From contig NZ_CP010341.1 in assembly GCF_000940845.1 (NCBI RefSeq), forward strand, positions 1,500,001-1,532,000: a stretch of DNA of 32,000 bases. The letters run 5' to 3'. Below are positions 14,260-23,442 of the stretch, piece after piece; within the stretch, counting starts at the first letter, position 1; the number at the start of each line of letters is the position of its first letter. Source of the DNA: Propionibacterium freudenreichii subsp. freudenreichii (GTDB lineage Bacteria; Actinomycetota; Actinomycetes; Propionibacteriales; Propionibacteriaceae). The translations under genes and the position numbers were made by a program. Under the pieces are notes generated by a model. It saw only the letters and a list, made by a program, of their open reading frames with translations. It did not search any database and was not told where the DNA came from.

Positions 14260-15407
14260 GATGAGTACTCCGCGTTTTCCCTGACATAGTCGTAGGTCAG
14301 GTCGTTCGTCCACACGATGGCCTGCTCCGAACCCGCATGGAGGTCCACGACCACCGTGCATTCCCTCGGGCTCAGGTCGACCAACGCACGATCGTCACCG
14401 ATTTCGCCACCCCGGCACAACATCACGCCATTGAAACTGACATCGACCCGGCTCGGCTCGAAGCCGGCATCCGTGGTGCCCATCGATGACAGGACGCGGC
14501 CCCAGTTGGGATCATTGCCGAAGATGGCGCACTTGAACAGGTTGCTCGCCGCGATCGAGCGACCCACCACCAGGGCATCGCGTTCGCTGGCCGCATTGAC
14601 CACGTGGATCGTGATGTCGTGCGAACTGCCCTCCGCGTCACCCAGCAACTGGTGTCCCAGGTTGAGGCAGATCTCGGCCAGGGCAGCCGTGAACTCATCG
14701 GTGTCGGGCGTGATACCGGAGGCGCCGGACGCCAGCAGGAGCACCGAGTCGTTCGTGGACATGCAGCCGTCGGAGTCGAGCCTGTTGAAGCTGACCTCGG
14801 TGGATGCGGTCAGGGCGGCCCGGGCCTGATCGGCGGTGAGGGACAGGTCCGTGGTGATGACCACGAGCATCGTGGCCAATTGCGGTGCGAGCATGCCCGC
14901 GCCCTTGGCCATGCCACCAATGCTCCAGCCATCGCCCTGGAACACGGCTGTCTTGGCATGGGTGTCGGTGGTGATGATGGCGTTGGCCGCATCCATACCG
15001 CCCTCGCCGGACAACCCCACGACTGCCTCGTCGACGCCGGTGAGGATCTTGTCCATCGGCAGGCGCTCACCAATCAAGCCGGTGGAACAGACCGCGACGT
15101 CATGGTCATCGACACCGAGCTGCTCTGCCAGGTGGTGGGCGGTCTCGGCGGAGTCGCCAAGTCCGGCCTCGCCGGTGCACGCGTTGGCGCCACCCGAATT
15201 GAGCACCACCGCATGCAGTCGGTGGTCCGCGACGGCCCGGCGCGACCAGATCACGGGCGCTGCGCAGAACCGGTTCGAGGTGAACACCGCGGCTGCCGTC
15301 TGGTCGGGTCCGTCGTTGACGACCACGGCGAGGTCGGGCTTTCCGGTGCTCTTGAGCCCTGCGGCCACACCAGCGGCCCGGAATCCCCTGGGGGTGGTGA
15401 CGCTCAC
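14256..15407 (-). CDS. argJ: Bifunctional ornithine acetyltransferase / N-acetylglutamate synthase
   Basis: 383 aa. N-terminus [14 protein letters not shown] and the autoprocessing-region [10 protein letters not shown] motif are present. The GTG overlaps the argC TGA (GTGA). Confidence 0.93.
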   Translation of the reverse strand: MSVTTPRGFRAAGVAAGLKSTGKPDLAVVVNDGPDQTAAAVFTSNRFCAAPVIWSRRAVADHRLHAVVLNSGGANACTGEAGLGDSAETAHHLAEQLGVDDHDVAVCSTGLIGERLPMDKILTGVDEAVVGLSGEGGMDAANAIITTDTHAKTAVFQGDGWSIGGMAKGAGMLAPQLATMLVVITTDLSLTADQARAALTASTEVSFNRLDSDGCMSTNDSVLLLASGASGITPDTDEFTAALAEICLNLGHQLLGDAEGSSHDITIHVVNAASERDALVVGRSIAASNLFKCAIFGNDPNWGRVLSSMGTTDAGFEPSRVDVSFNGVMLCRGGEIGDDRALVDLSPRECTVVVDLHAGSEQAIVWTNDLTYDYVRENAEYSS

Positions 15408-16435
15408 GGTGCTACTCCAATCGTGGTGAGCCCGGTGGTCTCGTCGAGCCCCAGGGCCAGGTTCATCGCCTGGACGGCACTGCCGGCGGTGCCCTTCACC
15501 AGGTTGTCCAATGTCGACACGATGACCATGCGTCCGGCATCCGGATCGACGGTGGCATTGACGCAGACGCTGTTGGAACCCAGCACGTTCTGGCTTGCGG
15601 GCCAGACCCCGGCGGGCAGGACCTGGGCGAATGGCTCCGCGTCGTAGGCGTCGTGGTAGGCCGCTGTGATCTGCTCGGCGCTGACTGATGTGTCGACCGG
15701 GGCGGTGATCACCGCGAGGATCCCCCGGGACATCGGAGCCAGCAGCGGCGTGAAGCTGATGGTCGGATCTGTGGCGCCCAGCACCTCAAGGTTCTGCAGG
15801 ATCTCGGGCGTGTGCCGATGTATCCCACCCACGCCATAGGCGCTCACTGAACCCTGCGTCTCACTACCCAGCAGGCGCGGGGTCAGTGCCTTGCCGGCGC
15901 CACTCGTCCCCGACGCAGCGGCGATGGTGATGTCGTGTCCGTCGGTCAGGCCGTGGGTCATGGCCGGAAGCAGCCCGAGGATGACCGTCGCCACGAAGCA
16001 GCCCGGCACCGCGATCCGCTTCGTGTTGGCCAGCAGTTCACGTTGCCCGGGAAGCTCGGCCAGGCCATAGGGCCATGCGCCGGCATACGGCGAGGGGTAG
16101 AAGCGCTGCCACCGGGCCTCGTCGGTGAGCCGGTGGTCTGCTCCGCAATCAACGACCAGCACGTCATCGGGCAGTTGCTTGGCAAGCTCGGTGGACGCTC
16201 CGTGCGGCAGGGCCAGGAAGACCACATCGTGACCGGCCAGGTTTTCCGGGGTGGTCTCGAGAACGGGTCGGTCGTACAGGGGCACCAGGTTGGGATGGTG
16301 CTGACCCAGGAGGGTCCCGGCATTGGACCCGGCGGTCAGGGCACCGATCTCGATCTCGGGATGGCCCGCCAGGAGGCGGAGCACCTCTCCCCCGGCATAG
16401 CCGGTGCAACCGGCGACTGCTGCTGTGTACGACAT
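15404..16435 (-). CDS. argC: N-acetyl-gamma-glutamyl-phosphate reductase
   Basis: Contains AAVAGCTGYAGGEVLRLL and the active-site region AVPGCFVAT. The start is ambiguous between ATG 16435 (chosen; MSYTAAVAG) and ATG 16441. Neither has an SD, and CATACT lies 7 nt upstream of 16435. Confidence 0.9.
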   Translation of the reverse strand: MSYTAAVAGCTGYAGGEVLRLLAGHPEIEIGALTAGSNAGTLLGQHHPNLVPLYDRPVLETTPENLAGHDVVFLALPHGASTELAKQLPDDVLVVDCGADHRLTDEARWQRFYPSPYAGAWPYGLAELPGQRELLANTKRIAVPGCFVATVILGLLPAMTHGLTDGHDITIAAASGTSGAGKALTPRLLGSETQGSVSAYGVGGIHRHTPEILQNLEVLGATDPTISFTPLLAPMSRGILAVITAPVDTSVSAEQITAAYHDAYDAEPFAQVLPAGVWPASQNVLGSNSVCVNATVDPDAGRMVIVSTLDNLVKGTAGSAVQAMNLALGLDETTGLTTIGVAP

Positions 16436-16472
16436 AGGCATAAGTATGCCACGGAGCGCATACATATGCGAA
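16435..16472. promoter_or_regulatory. Tandem ARG boxes (ArgR operator) overlapping the argC start and -10
   Basis: GGCATAagTATGCC (16437-16450) and CGCATAcaTATGCG (16457-16470) are two palindromes of the type nGCATA-N2-TATGCn. Their centres are 20 bp apart, and argR is encoded in the same operon. Confidence 0.65.
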
Positions 16473-16599
16473 CGGCTGACCCGGGCTCCCCGGGGCACAT
16501 CGTGTCGGGCAGGCTGACCGGCACGCCGAGCGCGAACGCGATGGCCTGCGGATTCCCGGCCTCATTAGTGTTTGATGGCGACTCGAAGGGAAGTAGTTC

Positions 16600-17814
16600 A
16601 TGACAGGGTTCCATCAGGCGACTCGCCTACAGGGCGTGCGCTATGACGTACGCGGCAAGAACATGGTTGAAGCCCAGGCGATGGAGGCTCGTGGCGAGCA
16701 CATCCTGAAGCTCAACATCGGCAACCTCGCCCCCTTCGGATTCGCAACCCCCGATTCCGTGGTCCGCAGCGTGGCCACGCACCTGCCCGAATCCGAGGGC
16801 TATTCGGACGCACGCGGTGTGCCGTCCGCACGGGCAGCCGTCGCCGAGTACTACCAATCGAAGCACCTTGACGTGGATCCCCAGCAGGTGCTCATCGGCA
16901 ATGGGGTCAGCGAATTGATCTCACTGACCCTGTCGGCCATCCTCAACCACGGCGACGAGGTTCTCGTCCCGGCGCCCGACTATCCCTTGTGGACCGCCCA
17001 GATCACCCTGTGCGATGGCAAGGCGGTGCACTACTTGTGCGACGAGACACGCGGCTGGAATCCCGATCCGGACGACATCGCCGCGCACATCACGGCACGC
17101 ACCAAGGCAATCGTGCTCATCAACCCGAACAACCCGACCGGGGCGGTCTACTCCGCGGACACGGTGCGGGCCATCGTCCAGCTGGCGCGCGAGCACGATC
17201 TCATCGTGTTGTCCGACGAGATCTACGAGAAGATCATCTATCACGGCACGCACACCTATACGGCCCATGAGACCGGCGATGATGTGCTGTGCCTGACCTA
17301 TTCGGGGCTGTCAAAGGCATACCGGGCGTGCGGCTTCCGGGCGGGGTGGGTGGTCTTCACCGGGTCACTGCAGCGGGCCCACAACCTGCTTGAGGGCGTG
17401 GACCTGCTGGCGAATATGCGCATGTGTGCGAATGTGCCCGCCCAGTACGCGATCGAGGCGTGCCTTTCGGGTTACCAGTCGATCGACGAGCTGACCGCTC
17501 CCGGCGGACGCTTTGAAGAACAGCTGCGCCTTTCCCATGACCTGTTGGACCAGATTCCCGGCGTGAACTGCGTGCCGGCCGCCGGGGCCCTCTACTTGTT
17601 CCCGCAGCTCGACCCCGAGCGCTACCCGATCACCGACGACGAGGACTGGGCGCTCGGTCTCCTGCGCGAGAAGAAGATCCTGATCAGCCATGGTCGGGGC
17701 TTCAACTGGCCGAATCCGGACCATTTCAGGCTGGTGGCACTACCCGAGGACGCCGTATTGCGTGAGGCGCTGGGACGGCTGGCGGAGTACTGCGAGGAGA
17801 CCCGCCGCGACTAA
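16600..17814 (+). CDS. alaA: PLP-dependent aminotransferase, AlaA (glutamate-pyruvate) family
   Basis: 404 aa, collinear with my recollection of E. coli AlaA: VRYDVRGKNMVEAQAMEARGEHILKLNIGNLAPFGFATPD, VPAPDYPLWTA, NPNNPTGAVY, SGLSKAYRACGFRAGW (PLP lysine), CANVPAQYAI. A GAAGGGAAG SD lies 8 nt upstream. Confidence 0.85.
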   Translation: MTGFHQATRLQGVRYDVRGKNMVEAQAMEARGEHILKLNIGNLAPFGFATPDSVVRSVATHLPESEGYSDARGVPSARAAVAEYYQSKHLDVDPQQVLIGNGVSELISLTLSAILNHGDEVLVPAPDYPLWTAQITLCDGKAVHYLCDETRGWNPDPDDIAAHITARTKAIVLINPNNPTGAVYSADTVRAIVQLAREHDLIVLSDEIYEKIIYHGTHTYTAHETGDDVLCLTYSGLSKAYRACGFRAGWVVFTGSLQRAHNLLEGVDLLANMRMCANVPAQYAIEACLSGYQSIDELTAPGGRFEEQLRLSHDLLDQIPGVNCVPAAGALYLFPQLDPERYPITDDEDWALGLLREKKILISHGRGFNWPNPDHFRLVALPEDAVLREALGRLAEYCEETRRD

Positions 17815-17839
17815 TGGGCCGGGAGGCTGCTTGACGTAG

Positions 17840-17881
17840 GAAGAAGGGGGGTCCGGGCTAAAGCCCGGACCCCCCTTCTTC
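17840..17881. terminator. Bidirectional terminator hairpin between the convergent alaA and pheT genes
   Basis: gaagaaggggggtccgggc taaa gcccggaccccccttcttc forms a perfect 19-bp stem. A T-rich tail follows on the plus strand. Confidence 0.7.
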
Positions 17882-17900
17882 AGGTTGTCGTCTCTTCGTT

Positions 17901-17927
17901 TTGCCGGGCCCATTCGGGACCCGGCAA
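17901..17927 (-). terminator. Second hairpin, 14 nt after the pheT stop
   Basis: ttgccgggcccattcgggacccggcaa pairs as 8 + 3 bp with a 1-nt bulge. No U-tract follows on the minus strand, so terminator function is uncertain. Confidence 0.4.
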
Positions 17928-17941
17928 GCAGCAGCCGGCCG

Positions 17942-20470
17942 TCAGGCCTGCCGCGCCTGGGCTCCCAGCTCACTGACCGCCGCCGCGAGCGCATTGTCGC
18001 GGGCCTGGGCGGCCTCCGACTGGGTCAGGGTGCGCTCCGGGCTACCGAAGCGCAGGCTGAATGCCAGGGACTTCTTGCCCTGTCCGGTCTGCTCGCCGCT
18101 GTAGATATCGAACAAGGCAATTGACTCGAGCAGCGGACCGGCCCCCGTGCGGAGGACCTCTTCGACATCCGCCGCAGCGACCGTGTCATCGACGATGAGG
18201 GCGACATCCTCCTTGGTGAGCGGGTAGGGCGACAACTCGTGAACCTCACCGCCGGTCGGGGCGTTGGCCAACAGCACATCCAGGTTGATCTCCACGGCGC
18301 AGCTGCGGGCCGGCAGCCCGCATGCTTCAATCACGCGGGGATGCAGCTCCCCGGCAGCACCCAGGCTGACCAGGTCACCGTCGGAGTTGCGAATGGACAG
18401 CTCAGCGCACCGGCCGGGATGCCAGGGCATGATCTCGGCCTGCGAGCGGATCAGGCGCAGGCCGACTGCATCGGCCGCCGTCTGCGCGAACAGCACCGCA
18501 TGCGTCCAGTCCACCGGCTCGGCCGGGCCGTTCCACCTGGCAGGCAACCAATTGCCGGCCAGCACTGCCGAGAGCATGTGGGGCTGGTCGGGCAGGGAGT
18601 TCAGCAGGGCATCAATCTCGGCATCGCTGGGGCGGTGGGACACATCCGGCATGGGAGCCGGGGGCAATTCGCCACCGAGGAAGACCGAACCCTGCTCGAA
18701 CAGCGCCACATCATCCATACCGCGTGAGGTGTTGCGGTTGATGGCCGCGAACAGTCCGGGGAGCAGGGTGGTGCGCACATAGGGCTGGGCGTCCGACAAG
18801 GGATTGGCCAGCTTCACCAGCCGATGCTGATCGGCCTGGGCCGGCAGCCCGAGCCGGTCAATGTCGTCGGTGCCCACGAAGGGCAGGGTGACGACCTCGA
18901 CGAAGCCCGCCTCAGCAATCGCGTTGAGAACCGCCCGGCGTGACTTCTGGACGGCGGTCAGCCCCTGTCCGGCCTCGGCCCGCGGCACGACCGCATTGAC
19001 CACTTCGAGGCTGAGCTTGCGTCCGACCTCCTCCACGTAGTCGTAGGGGTCCACGAGATCGGTGCGCCAGGTGGGCGGCACCAGGGACAGCCGCTCGCCA
19101 CGCCTGGTCACCTCGATGTCGGATCCCTTGAAGACGCTCAATACCTGGTCGGGCTCGATGCGGGCGCCGAGGATTCTGGCCGGCAGCCCGATGTCGATCG
19201 ACTGCCCGGGCATCTGGGGCACGCGGCCCACGACAGTGGCACCGTCGGCGATGGTGCCCCCCGCCAGTTCGACCAACAGTCGCGCCGCCATCCGGGCAGC
19301 TGCACAGCACACGCCGATATCGGTATCGCGCTCGAAGCGCTTCGAGGCCTCCGACGGCAACTTGTGCAGGCGGTAGGTACGACCGATGGTGCCGGGTGAG
19401 AAGTGCGCCGCCTCGATGACCACATTGCGGGTCGAGTCACTCAACTCGGTGTTGAGGCCGCCCATGACACCAGCCAGGCCGATGGGGCCCGAATCGTCGG
19501 TGATCAACAGATCTTCGGCACTCAGCTCGCGATCGACGCTGTCCAGGGTGGTGAGGCGCTCCCCCTGATGGGCCTTGCGCACCACGATGGGGCCCAACAG
19601 CTGGTCGGCGTCGTAGGCGTGCAGCGGCTGGCCGGACTCGAGCATCACATAGTTGGTGATGTCGACCGGCAGGCTGATGGAGCGCATGCCACTGGCCTCC
19701 AGGCGGTGGCGCATCCACGTCGGAGTCGGGGCGAGGGCGTTGATGTCGTGGACGACCAGGTCAACGAACAACTCACAGTCGTCCGATTCGACACGCACCG
19801 GGTAGGCACCCTGGCTGGGCTCGGGAACGCGGCGGGAGTAGATGTCGTTGTAGGGCACATCGAACGCCTGCGCCGCTTCGCGGGACAGGCCCCTCATCGA
19901 CAGGCAATAGCTCATGTCGGGGGTGACATCAATGTCCAGGATCTCGTCGGGCACGCCGAGCAGGGCCATCGCCTCGGAGCCCAGTCCGGCCCGGGAGGCC
20001 TCATTGGCGGGCAACACGATGATGCCGGTGTGGTCCTCCCCGATACCGAGCTCATCGGCAGCGCAGATCATCCCGTCGGAGACGTGTCCATAGGTACGTC
20101 GCGACGAGATCTTGAACCCGCCGGGCAACTCGGCACCGGGCAGTGCCACCACCACGTAGTCGCCCTGGGCGAAGTTGTCGGCCCCACAGATGATGCCGCG
20201 TCCGTCGGTGACGTCGGGGTTCTCATCGGTGATGTTGAACTGCTCTCCACAGTCCACATGGCACCAACGGATGGTCTTGCCGTTCTTCTGGGGCTCCTCG
20301 ACGAAGCTCACCACCCGACCCACCACGACCGGACCGGTGACCTGGTTGCCCATGAGTTCGATGTGCTCCACCTGCAGGCCGGTGCGCGTGAACGCGTCGG
20401 CAAGCTGCTGGGTGGTGACGCCATGGGGCAGCTCAACCAGGGATCGCAACCAACTGATCGGTGCCTTCAT
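17942..20470 (-). CDS. pheT: Phenylalanine--tRNA ligase beta subunit
   Basis: 842 aa. N-terminus MKAPISWLRSLVELP is followed by tRNA-binding, B3/4, B5 and FDX-ACB domain order. The ATG overlaps the pheS stop (ATGA). Confidence 0.95.
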   Translation of the reverse strand: MKAPISWLRSLVELPHGVTTQQLADAFTRTGLQVEHIELMGNQVTGPVVVGRVVSFVEEPQKNGKTIRWCHVDCGEQFNITDENPDVTDGRGIICGADNFAQGDYVVVALPGAELPGGFKISSRRTYGHVSDGMICAADELGIGEDHTGIIVLPANEASRAGLGSEAMALLGVPDEILDIDVTPDMSYCLSMRGLSREAAQAFDVPYNDIYSRRVPEPSQGAYPVRVESDDCELFVDLVVHDINALAPTPTWMRHRLEASGMRSISLPVDITNYVMLESGQPLHAYDADQLLGPIVVRKAHQGERLTTLDSVDRELSAEDLLITDDSGPIGLAGVMGGLNTELSDSTRNVVIEAAHFSPGTIGRTYRLHKLPSEASKRFERDTDIGVCCAAARMAARLLVELAGGTIADGATVVGRVPQMPGQSIDIGLPARILGARIEPDQVLSVFKGSDIEVTRRGERLSLVPPTWRTDLVDPYDYVEEVGRKLSLEVVNAVVPRAEAGQGLTAVQKSRRAVLNAIAEAGFVEVVTLPFVGTDDIDRLGLPAQADQHRLVKLANPLSDAQPYVRTTLLPGLFAAINRNTSRGMDDVALFEQGSVFLGGELPPAPMPDVSHRPSDAEIDALLNSLPDQPHMLSAVLAGNWLPARWNGPAEPVDWTHAVLFAQTAADAVGLRLIRSQAEIMPWHPGRCAELSIRNSDGDLVSLGAAGELHPRVIEACGLPARSCAVEINLDVLLANAPTGGEVHELSPYPLTKEDVALIVDDTVAAADVEEVLRTGAGPLLESIALFDIYSGEQTGQGKKSLAFSLRFGSPERTLTQSEAAQARDNALAAAVSELGAQARQA

Positions 20471-21561
20471 CGTGCTCCTCCTACCAACGAACGGCTGAAA
20501 CGAACGTCGCCCTCGACGAAGTCACGCAGGTCGGGCGCGTTGTTGCGGAACATGACGGTGCGATCGACTCCCATGCCGAAGGCGAATCCGGAATAGACGT
20601 CGGTATCGATGCCGGCGGCCTTGAGCACGCGGGGATTGACGATTCCGCAGCCACCCCATTCGATCCAGCCCTCGGACTTGCACGTCCGGCAGGGACGGTC
20701 GGGGTTGCCCACCGATGCGCCATGACAGACGAAGCATTCGAGGTCGACCTCGGCGCTGGGCTCAGTGAACGGGAAATAGTGGGGACGCAGGCGCGTGCGG
20801 ATGTCGCCGAACATGGCCTTCGCCAGGTGGTCGAGGGTGCCCTTGAGGTGACCCATGGTGATGCCCTTGTCGACGGCCAGGCCCTCGAGCTGGTGGAACA
20901 CCGGCAGGTGGGTGGCGTCGTATTCGTCGGCACGAAAGACCTTGCCCGGGCTCACCACGTAGATGGGGAGCTCGCGCTGCAGCAGGGCGCGCACCTGCAC
21001 CGGGCTGGTCTGGGTGCGCATCAGCTTGTGATCGCTCGCCGGCTCCACGAACAGGGTGTCCGACATGAACCGGGCCGGATGGTCGGGCGTGAAGTTGAGG
21101 GCGTCGAAGTTGAGCCATTCGGCCTCCAGCTCGGGGCCCTCGGCGACCTCCCACCCCATGGCGATGAAGACATCGCACATGTCGTCGATGAGCGCCGTCA
21201 GCGGATGGCGGGCACCGACCGGGTGCTCGCGCACCGGCAGGGTCACGTCGACCCGCTCGGACTCGAGCTGGGCGGCGAGCTCACTGTCAGCGATCTGCTC
21301 GGCCCGCTCCTTCAGTGCCTTGTTGACACGGCCGCGTGCCTGACCGATCAGGGCGCCGGCGGTCTTGCGCTGGTCCTTCGGCATTGAACCGATCCGGCGG
21401 TTGGCCAGGGCCAGCGGCGACTTGTCGGCGGCATGTGCCGCCCGCGCCTGCTTCAATTGCGCTGAATCCTTCGCAGCAGCGATCGCCTTGATCGCCGCAT
21501 CAACCATGGCCTCGACGTCAGCGGCGTCGAGCGGTTGGGCAGTGTCCTGTGGCCCCGACAT
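20467..21561 (-). CDS. pheS: Phenylalanine--tRNA ligase alpha subunit
   Basis: Class II core motifs are present (FRADEYDATHLPVFHQLEG, GFAFGMGVDR). The start is moved to the ATG at 21561, which is preceded by GCGAGGAGAGCCC (SD GAGGAG). Confidence 0.93.
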   Translation of the reverse strand: MSGPQDTAQPLDAADVEAMVDAAIKAIAAAKDSAQLKQARAAHAADKSPLALANRRIGSMPKDQRKTAGALIGQARGRVNKALKERAEQIADSELAAQLESERVDVTLPVREHPVGARHPLTALIDDMCDVFIAMGWEVAEGPELEAEWLNFDALNFTPDHPARFMSDTLFVEPASDHKLMRTQTSPVQVRALLQRELPIYVVSPGKVFRADEYDATHLPVFHQLEGLAVDKGITMGHLKGTLDHLAKAMFGDIRTRLRPHYFPFTEPSAEVDLECFVCHGASVGNPDRPCRTCKSEGWIEWGGCGIVNPRVLKAAGIDTDVYSGFAFGMGVDRTVMFRNNAPDLRDFVEGDVRFSRSLVGGAR

Positions 21562-21716
21562 GGGCTCTCCTCGCATCTGGCTCATCACCGCGTGCCCACT
21601 CGGGTCGGCGCGGACGTACCTTTCCAGTCTAGGAGGACGCACCCAACCACGCGATTCCGTATCGCGGCGCAGCCCGCGTGGCCGGTCATGGCAATTGTGC
21701 GTTAGCCCGGTGATCC

Positions 21717-21893
21717 TCAGTCGTGGGGGCTGGCCTGATCGGGATGCGCCGGGTCGCGCTGCCCGGCACCAGTCCCTCGCGGATCACCTCGCCCCCGCAG
21801 GCGGGCCCGACGTCCCAGCAGGAGGAAGATGCCCGCGCACACCACGGAGGCGAGCATCAGGACAATGATCACGACGTTGACCACGATGGCCAT
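21717..21893 (-). CDS. Small membrane protein (58 aa): one TM helix plus an Arg/Pro-rich tail
   Basis: MAIVVNVVIIVLMLASVVCAGIFLLLGRRARLRGRGDPRGTGAGQRDPAHPDQASPHD. The ATG shares one nucleotide with the methyltransferase TGA (TGATG at 21891-21895). Hand-counted GC3 is 47/58 codons (about 81 percent), typical of coding sequence here. Confidence 0.55.
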   Translation of the reverse strand: MAIVVNVVIIVLMLASVVCAGIFLLLGRRARLRGRGDPRGTGAGQRDPAHPDQASPHD

Positions 21894-22753
21894 CAGTGGG
21901 ACCCCTCCGGATTCGGCTGCTGTTCGGGTGCGCGACGCTGGGCGCTCGCAGTGGCATAGAGGCAGATGGCGGCGGCCGTGGACAGGTTCAGGCTCTCTGC
22001 GGCACCCCACATGGGCACGGCGGCCACGCGATCGGCGAGCTCAAGATCGTGGCGCGGCAGTCCCCATGCCTCATTGCCCATCAGCCACGCCGTGGGCTGC
22101 CCCAGCTGACCGGCCCCGGCCATGAGGTCCACCGGTTGCCCGGAACCGTCCGCGGCAAGCACCTGGAGCCCACTGGCATGCGCCCACTCGATCGCCCCGG
22201 TCAACTCCACCCCGGAGATGATCGGGAGGTGGAAGATGCTCCCCACCGAGGCCCGCACCGTCTTGGGGTTGGTGATGTCGACGGAGCCGTGGGTCAGCAC
22301 CACCGCATCCGCCCCGAAGGCATCCGCGCACCGCACCACGGTCCCCGCATTGCCCGGATCTCGCACCTGGGCGCAGATCACCACCAACCGCGGCTCCGCG
22401 ATGTCCTCGAACCGGGAGCCCGACCAGTGACAGACCGCGATGATTCCCTGGGGGGTCTTCGTGTCGGACAGGCTCGCCAGGTCGGCGCTGCTGCCCTGCA
22501 CCACGTCAATGAGCTGGCCATCGTCCAGGGCGAGGTCGACCAGCTCCTGATGCCGTGCCGGGTCATCAACCACGAGGGTGTCAACGGCCCCCGGGGACCT
22601 CAGTGCCTCGCGGACGGCCTGGGCACCCTCGGCCAGGAAGAAGCCGGTCTCGGCACGATGCTTGTGCTGTAACAACCGACGAGCCGAACGCAAGGACTCC
22701 CCGGAGATCTCCGGGAGGCTTGCGTTCGGCTCGTGGTTGGCGAACTGCGCCAT
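21893..22753 (-). CDS. SpoU/TrmH-family RNA 2'-O-methyltransferase (TsnR-like)
   Basis: 286 aa. SpoU motifs are present: VRDPGNAGTVVRCADAFGA, LMGNEAWGLP, IPMWGAAESLNLSTAAAICLY. Its position after rplT matches the infC-rpmI-rplT-tsnR arrangement I recall in mycobacteria. Confidence 0.88.
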   Translation of the reverse strand: MAQFANHEPNASLPEISGESLRSARRLLQHKHRAETGFFLAEGAQAVREALRSPGAVDTLVVDDPARHQELVDLALDDGQLIDVVQGSSADLASLSDTKTPQGIIAVCHWSGSRFEDIAEPRLVVICAQVRDPGNAGTVVRCADAFGADAVVLTHGSVDITNPKTVRASVGSIFHLPIISGVELTGAIEWAHASGLQVLAADGSGQPVDLMAGAGQLGQPTAWLMGNEAWGLPRHDLELADRVAAVPMWGAAESLNLSTAAAICLYATASAQRRAPEQQPNPEGSH

Positions 22754-22763
22754 GCTGATCCGC

Positions 22764-23135
22764 TCAGGCAGCCTTGGCGGCCGGCTGGTTGTCCTTGGCC
22801 ACCTTCACCAGTGCGGCAAAAGCGTCGGAATCAAAGACGGCCAGGTCGGCGAGCATCTTGCGATCAACCTCAACGCCGGCATTCTTCAGCCCATTGATGA
22901 AGCGGTTGTAGGTCATGCCCTCGGCACGGCACGCCGCATTGATCCGCTGGATCCACAGCGAGCGGAAATCGCCCTTGCGAGCCTTGCGGTCGCGGAACGA
23001 GTAGGTGGCCGAATGCAGCACCTGCTCCTTGGCCTTGCGGTACAGACGCGAACGCTGGCCGCGGTAACCCGAGGCTGAATCCAGAATCTCACGACGCTTC
23101 TTATGCGCATTCACTGCGCGTTTGACGCGTGCCAT
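22764..23135 (-). CDS. rplT: 50S ribosomal protein L20
   Basis: [39 protein letters not shown]... An AAGGAG SD lies upstream. Confidence 0.97.
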   Translation of the reverse strand: MARVKRAVNAHKKRREILDSASGYRGQRSRLYRKAKEQVLHSATYSFRDRKARKGDFRSLWIQRINAACRAEGMTYNRFINGLKNAGVEVDRKMLADLAVFDSDAFAALVKVAKDNQPAAKAA

Positions 23136-23180
23136 GGTCTTACTCCTTGCTTATTGAAAATCAGTGGTGGAAGGCGTCGG

Positions 23181-23375
23181 TCACTTACCGAGCAGCTTGC
23201 GGGCCTTCTTGGCGTCGGGCTTGGTCAACACGGCGTCCTGGCCCAGGCGGCGAGTCTGCTTGGTGGGCTTGTGCTCGTTCAGGTGCGCCTTGCCGGCGCG
23301 GGCATGCATGACCTTGCCGGTGCCGGTGATCCGGAAACGCTTCTTCGCACCGGAGTGCGTCTTCATCTTGGGCAT
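23181..23375 (-). CDS. rpmI: 50S ribosomal protein L35
   Basis: MPKMKTHSGAKKRFRITGTGKVMHARAGKAHLNEHK. The start is moved to the ATG at 23375, after a GGAGCGAG SD. Confidence 0.95.
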   Translation of the reverse strand: MPKMKTHSGAKKRFRITGTGKVMHARAGKAHLNEHKPTKQTRRLGQDAVLTKPDAKKARKLLGK

Positions 23376-23442
23376 ATCTCGCTCCATTCGGTTGACCGTC
23401 CGGGGTGCCGGACGGCTGGTCTGTCAGTGACTTCGGTTCGAC

